Source of the DNA: Candidatus Poribacteria bacterium
GTDB taxonomy: Bacteria > Poribacteria > WGA-4E > WGA-3G
Length of the DNA: 64,000 nt
Direction: 5' to 3'
Assembly: GCA_965242965.1 (NCBI GenBank)
Contig: OZ251518.1
Location: 320,001 to 384,000 of the forward strand
Part shown: positions 58,956 through 64,000 of the stretch, in pieces
Layout of the letters: the number at the start of each line of letters is the position of its first letter
Numbering within the stretch: position 1 is the first letter of the stretch
Notes under the pieces: model-generated
Seen by the model: only the letters and a program-made list of their open reading frames with translations
Told to the model about the DNA's origin: nothing
Database searches by the model: none
Made by a program: the position numbers and the translations under genes

Positions 58956-61900
58956 TCAACTCCGCGCCTTCTTAAGCCTAGTTTCAACGAGATTGATAAC
59001 CGCCTCGTAAACGCCATCACGCTCGCCTTGCGTCAATTCCAAGATGTCAAAGATGACGTTGTCAATCGCGATGCGCGCCGGTGAAGGCGATAAAACGTCC
59101 CATTCTTCGGATGCGAGGAGGGATGCATTTACCCCCCCCCTCAAAATTCATGTCTGTTAAGTTAGGGTTAACACATCGTAGCTCTCCCAAATCCGAGGTT
59201 TGGAGTTCTAACTCCCCATATCCTAGGTTTGAGCGACCGTTCACGTTCACCATCAACTGGAAGAAAGTAGAATTGAGGGAGAAACAGAGAGGTATCCTCA
59301 ACTCAAGTGCGCATTGGAGTTCCATAAACTTGCCAGTCACATAACACCCCTCACTGGCATACAATGTTTTTGCCGTTGAACGCATCCGGTGCGCAAAACT
59401 CATATACGGAGGCGGGCGTTTGCCCACATCATACCATCGCCGTCTAGATCGGATGCTCGGCCGCTGAGGCAGTTTCTGGCTTTCACCCGATTCAATGTAT
59501 GCCAACGCAGCGGTGCCTCTTAAGGCTTCTCTCTCCTTTTGACACAGAAAGAGTTGATGTGGTGATTGTTCGGGGCGAATCAACAGGCTCTCAGTGACTC
59601 TCCTGTCGTTGACAATCGGGTGTAAAAACTCTGGCTCAATATGCCACGCCGAAATCGTCTCCGCATCAAGGATGAAAAACTGGTTTGCCCCGCTCATGAT
59701 TCCTCGCCGAATCTGAGCGATGTCGCCGACACGGACGAGTTTATCCGAGCCTTTTTCTAGTAATGTCCAATAGATGTCGGGAGCGCGCAGATACTTCGCG
59801 CCCCATTTGTTTCCGGTATACTTCGTCTTTGCATCCATTCCGGCGGCTAAAAGTGCATCCTGCGAGAGAAGGTGAATTCGATATTCAGGCAGAGCATTCC
59901 GCTGGATTTCGGTTTCGATTTCGTAAAAGATGACAGGATCCAAAATAGCCTCAAACGGTTCGGTAAAGTTAACAAACCGCACAATGTCTTGCAAACCTGA
60001 TGCGCTATCTCTAACCGGGGCGGAGATGAGACAAATAGCAGTGTTGATATTTACGGCTTTGAAGGAACGTCGTGCCGCGTTGTCCAAAACCAGTTTGAGA
60101 TGACACCGCTTAAGGAGGAATTCCTGCAAATCTTTGCCGAAGTCCGCATCTAACCACGATCTGGATGTGATAGTGCAGAAGGTTCCTTTGGGATTTAGCA
60201 ACGAGAGTCCGTGAAAGTAGAAGTAGACGTAGAGATCGCTGTTGCCATCTAGTTTATGCTTCACGGCAGACGCGGGGTTTTCCTTCGTATCCTTCTCCGG
60301 TTGATACCCGAAGAATGCAGGGAACGCCTGATAAACGGAACGCGCCAACTTGGCTTTATACGCCTTCGTGTTAGCGGGTGTAACCGCGTCTCGGGCTAGC
60401 GTCGGGTCTGTGAGTTTTTTCGTTGAAACGTAAGGCGGGTTTTCTATCACGATGTCAAAACCACCATACTGTTTGAAAATCTCAACGAAGGCAATGTCCC
60501 ACACGAAAGGTGGAACTGCATCTGACGTAAGGGCATGCTGGGCACGTTGGAGGTTGTTGAGATTCGCCTGTTGAAGTGCCAACTCCTGTTGCTTTTGCCG
60601 AGTTGCAAGATCTAATTGCGCTGCCTGGGGTTTCTCAATCCCGTCAAGCGTCAGTTGTTCAGCCGGATCTTCAAGCCATTCCTGTAAACCTGCAATGCCT
60701 TCCAAAATTTGGCTTTCCTGCGACTGCAGTGTCTCCCGAAAGAGCAAGTTCTCGGCGCGTTGCACATCCGCTTTCTCACGATATTTCCGCTCACGTTCGT
60801 TGTGATAAAACTTCAGTTTCTCTGTCTGGTGGAATACGATTTTGCGCGAGATGTCAGTCGGCACGCCGCTGCCCAACGCGCGCGTCTGCGCGAGGTTCAT
60901 CCCACCGATGTCCTGCACCAGACTATCGCCGTGACGAATGTTAAACGAAAAATCAGGCAGCAAGGGCTCCTCGCGAATCTGCAGTTCCGCGGTGGAAATC
61001 TCTGCCTCAATGATGAGCGCGAGCCAGAGGCGTAACTCGGCAACTTTGCATGCCCACGGCATCACGTCTACGCCGTAGAGATTCTTGCCGATAATCGCCT
61101 TGCGGCGTTCAAACCTTGAGGTAACAGATGCACCGAGGTGCCGTGCGGCGCGTTCCCCCAGGTCATCGAGAATATGGAGCATGCCGACGAGAAACGAACC
61201 GCTGCCACACGCCGGATCCAACACCGTGAGACGGTTCAGATGCGTCGCGATATCACCCCACTGCGCGGCGAGGTGGGCATCGGCATCTTCCTTCTCTGTT
61301 TCATCGAACGTAAAGAGTGCGGCGTAAAATTGATGCTTATGCGCCTCACCGATGTGATTTGCGAGGTTATCTACGAGCGCGAGACGGCACATCATATCTA
61401 TCTCGATGCGCGGCGTGTAGAAGATGCCGGCATCGCCGCGTTCATCGGTTTCAGCGGAGACACTGACGAGACTCTCGTAGACTTTGCCGATCATCTCGGG
61501 GTCTACGGCGACTTCCTGTTCCAGCGGGGTATCCTCGGCGATGGTGAAGTTATATCCCTCGAAGAACTGGAAGATGTCGCGCCATAAATCATCGGGAATC
61601 GTGGTGGCATACTCGGTATCCCATTCGTTTTCTCGGAATAAGCCGCCGTTGAGATAGGGCGCGTGCTGAAGCGTTTCGCGGATGTTGTCAGGAAAGTAAC
61701 GATATCCGCCGTGAAACTTCTGATTGAAAGCGGCGAAGAAGAGGACGTTGAGCCACTTTGCCACGAAGGTATCCGCTGGTTGCGTTGCGTTTTGATACGC
61801 CTGCCAAAACGTGTGCAGGAAATCGGTGTCGTTTCCGAGCCACCGTTTTCGCTGGATGAAATAGAGGAAGAGGCAGCGGCTGAGGAATTGTTGGGCTGCA

Positions 61901-62565
61901 TCGTGCGCCCACTTTTTATCAGCGGTTTGCGTTTCCAACTCGGTTTGGAGGTTTCTGAAGACGCGCTGATAGTCGGCGAAAAACTGCGCTGTCACGGCAT
62001 CGACATCGAAGGCGGCATCGTGCTGTTTGGTAATTTGCAGAGGTGTCAGCAGCTCTGGATTTGGGAAGAGGCTCTCCTGTTGGCCGTCAATGGCTATCGT
62101 CGCCAGATCGAGCATTGCGATACGTTCGGCGGCGGTGCGGAGTTTTTCATCGGGCGCGACAGTGATGCGCCGGAATCGGTGGCGTGCCTTGTGTTTCTTG
62201 CTTGCCTCGCGGACGAGTGTGACGTTGACGAAGTGCCAGTGGTCTTGCGCAATATTGCTAAAGATGTAGAGCGCGTGCGGGAAGCGCGTCTGCAAGTGCG
62301 CGATGACGCGGCGTTCGGCGGTCTTGCGGGGTGTTTCGGTATTGAGGCGCGCGTATATGATGTGAAAGTCGTTATCCCTACCCCCGGCGGCAAAGCGTCG
62401 CGGTGCCTCGGCGAGGCAGTCGGCGATGGCTTCCGGGATGTTCTCAATCGGTTCATCGATGCGGTGATAATTGAGTTCTACCCAAAAGAGTTCGCGCAGG
62501 GGTTCGATGCCGCGGAGGTTTTGTAGCAGAGTTAAGATGCGTTCGGTGTTTTCGGGTGTTGGCAT
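58956..62565 (-). CDS. Large N6-adenine DNA methyltransferase (Eco57I/type IIG-like), frameshifted at a G9 tract near the 3' end
   Basis: PYLNGGLF, VDPEMIGKVYE, FYTPR, DPACGSGSFL, GFDIVIENPPY; a C-terminus-like segment (IFDILELTQGERDGVYEAV) lies in a second frame (58956..59144). Confidence 0.85.
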
Positions 62566-62596
62566 GCCGTTGTCTCCGATTCTTAAGGTTTACGAT

Positions 62597-62626
62597 ATTA
62601 TAGGAGAAAAGCGGATTTTAAGTCAA
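62597..62626 (-). promoter_or_regulatory. sigma70-like promoter of the methyltransferase
   Basis: TTGACT-18 nt-TATAAT. Confidence 0.6.
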
Positions 62627-62639
62627 GGAATTTCATGAT

Positions 62640-62820
62640 CGGCATGGCGAGGGACAGGCCCTCGCCCTACGGGAAAACGGACCGTTCCGGATACCGTAGC
62701 GCGGGGGCCTGTCCCCCGCGAGCGTTCAGTAGACCGGAGCCTGGCGAGGGACAGGCCCTCGCCCTACGGTGTTCGATGCGGTTTCAGCATGGCGAGGGAC
62801 AGGCCCTCGCCCTACGGGGA
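62640..62820. repeat. REP-like cluster
   Basis: Three GGCGAGGGACAGGCCCTCGCCCTAC copies plus one GTAGCGCGGGGG variant. Confidence 0.82.
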
Positions 62821-62821
62821 A

Positions 62822-64000
62822 TTAGAAGACCTCGCCCATCGATTTTTCGACGATGTTCACCGCTTCTTCAACATGCCCTGTGTTGATATTGAGCGGTGGC
62901 AGGAACCGAAGGACATAATCGTTGGTGCAGATGGTGACGAGCCCGTTTTCGATGCACTTGGCGGCGAGAGGTTTCGCGTCCACTTCCATCACCATGCCGC
63001 GCAGCAACCCTTTCCCGCGCACTTCCTTGACAGGATATTTCCCCTTGAGTTCCAGCAACCCGCCGGCGAGGTAATTCCCCATTTTCACGGCGTTGCTGGC
63101 GAGATTCTCGTCCAAGATGGTCTGCACGGTTGCGCGAGCCGCTGCTGTGACAAGCGGGTTTCCGCCGAACGTCGCTGCGTGTGTGCCGGGGACGAAGCTG
63201 GCGGCTATCTCACGTTTCGCGAGCATTGCGCCGATAGGGACACCGCTGCCGAGTGCCTTCGCCATCGTGATGACATCGGGGACAACGCCGTAACTCTGGT
63301 AGCCGAAGAAGGTGCCGAGTCGCCCCATCGCCGTTTGCACCTCGTCGAAAATGAGGAGCAGGTTATGTTTATCGCACAGTTCGCGGAGCCCCTGCAGGTA
63401 ACCGTCGCTAGGGATGTTGACTCCACCTTCGGACTGAATCGGCTCTACCAATATCGCGCAGGTTTTCTCGTTGATAGCGGATTCGGTTGCGGGCAAATCA
63501 TCAAACGGCACGTAGGTGAAGCCTTCCAGCATCGGTTCAAACCCGACGTGGTATTTCGTCTGCGCCGTGGCGGTGATGGTTGCCATCGTTCGCCCGTGGA
63601 ACGAATTCTCCATCGTGATGATTTCGTAGGCATCCGGTCTGCCGCTGTCTTTGGCGAATTTGCGCGCCAGTTTAATGGCTGCTTCGTTCGCCTCCGCGCC
63701 GCTGTTGCAGAAGAACACCTGGTCCATGTCGGAATTCTCCACTAACATCTTCGCCAATTCTGCCTGCGGTTGGATGTAGTAGAGGTTGGAGGTGTGCAGC
63801 AGTTTGCCTGCCTGCTCCTGAATAGCGGCGACGACGTTCGGATGGCAGTGCCCGAGTCCGTTGACGGCGAGTCCGCCGAGGAAATCGAGATACTGCTTGC
63901 CTTCGGCATCCCAGAGATAGGGTCCTTCGCCTTTGACGAAAGCGAGGTTTCTGTCGCCGTAGGTATTAATGATGTATTCTGTCGCCATCGTTTTGATTTC
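62822..64000 (-). CDS. argD: Acetylornithine aminotransferase (true start may lie beyond the window edge)
   Basis: YLDFLGGLAVN.LGH, NSGAEANEAA, SFHGRT, EPIQSEGG, DEVQT, AKALGSG, TFGGNP, LRFLPPL. Confidence 0.92.
   Translation of the reverse strand, partial: EIKTMATEYIINTYGDRNLAFVKGEGPYLWDAEGKQYLDFLGGLAVNGLGHCHPNVVAAIQEQAGKLLHTSNLYYIQPQAELAKMLVENSDMDQVFFCNSGAEANEAAIKLARKFAKDSGRPDAYEIITMENSFHGRTMATITATAQTKYHVGFEPMLEGFTYVPFDDLPATESAINEKTCAILVEPIQSEGGVNIPSDGYLQGLRELCDKHNLLLIFDEVQTAMGRLGTFFGYQSYGVVPDVITMAKALGSGVPIGAMLAKREIAASFVPGTHAATFGGNPLVTAAARATVQTILDENLASNAVKMGNYLAGGLLELKGKYPVKEVRGKGLLRGMVMEVDAKPLAAKCIENGLVTICTNDYVLRFLPPLNINTGHVEEAVNIVEKSMGEVF

Noticed and set aside
62789-63745. 318 aa plus-strand ORF, and similar antisense ORFs such as 56079..57050 and 61663..62526
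   Set aside because: Antisense shadows of well-supported minus-strand genes in GC-rich DNA.

Overview
GC-rich bacterial chromosomal segment. Gene content (sulfatase, GH32/GH95, PhyH, FGE, NHL, DUF1800/DUF1501, a lamin-tail surface protein, dense GTAG-type palindromic repeats) suggests Candidatus Poribacteria or a similar lineage; this is an inference. Housekeeping genes are rph-rdgB-efp-accB-accC, comEC, an RsbW/V/U-like module and argD. Three accessory loci stand out. (1) Tandem ABC-type ATPase paralogues flank a small nuclease-like gene (1-2733). (2) A non-canonical chaperone operon encodes GrpE, a GIY-YIG-like/HTH protein, a lid-less Hsp70 and an HPD-less J-like domain fused to HTH and FGE domains (7199-11624). 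(3) A defence-like region carries an N6-methyltransferase frameshifted at a G9 tract, a broken Uma2 gene, a frameshifted coiled-coil repeat protein, a PLD-SF2 helicase and an archaeal-type TGT fused to an ArcS-like (DUF5591-like) domain (49888-62565). Many intergenic regions hold mosaic REP-like clusters. Seven share a terminal motif, two are flanked by 36-37 bp direct repeats, and one REP array sits in frame inside rdgB. No rRNA, tRNA or CRISPR array was recognised. All domain calls come from motif reading, not database searches.
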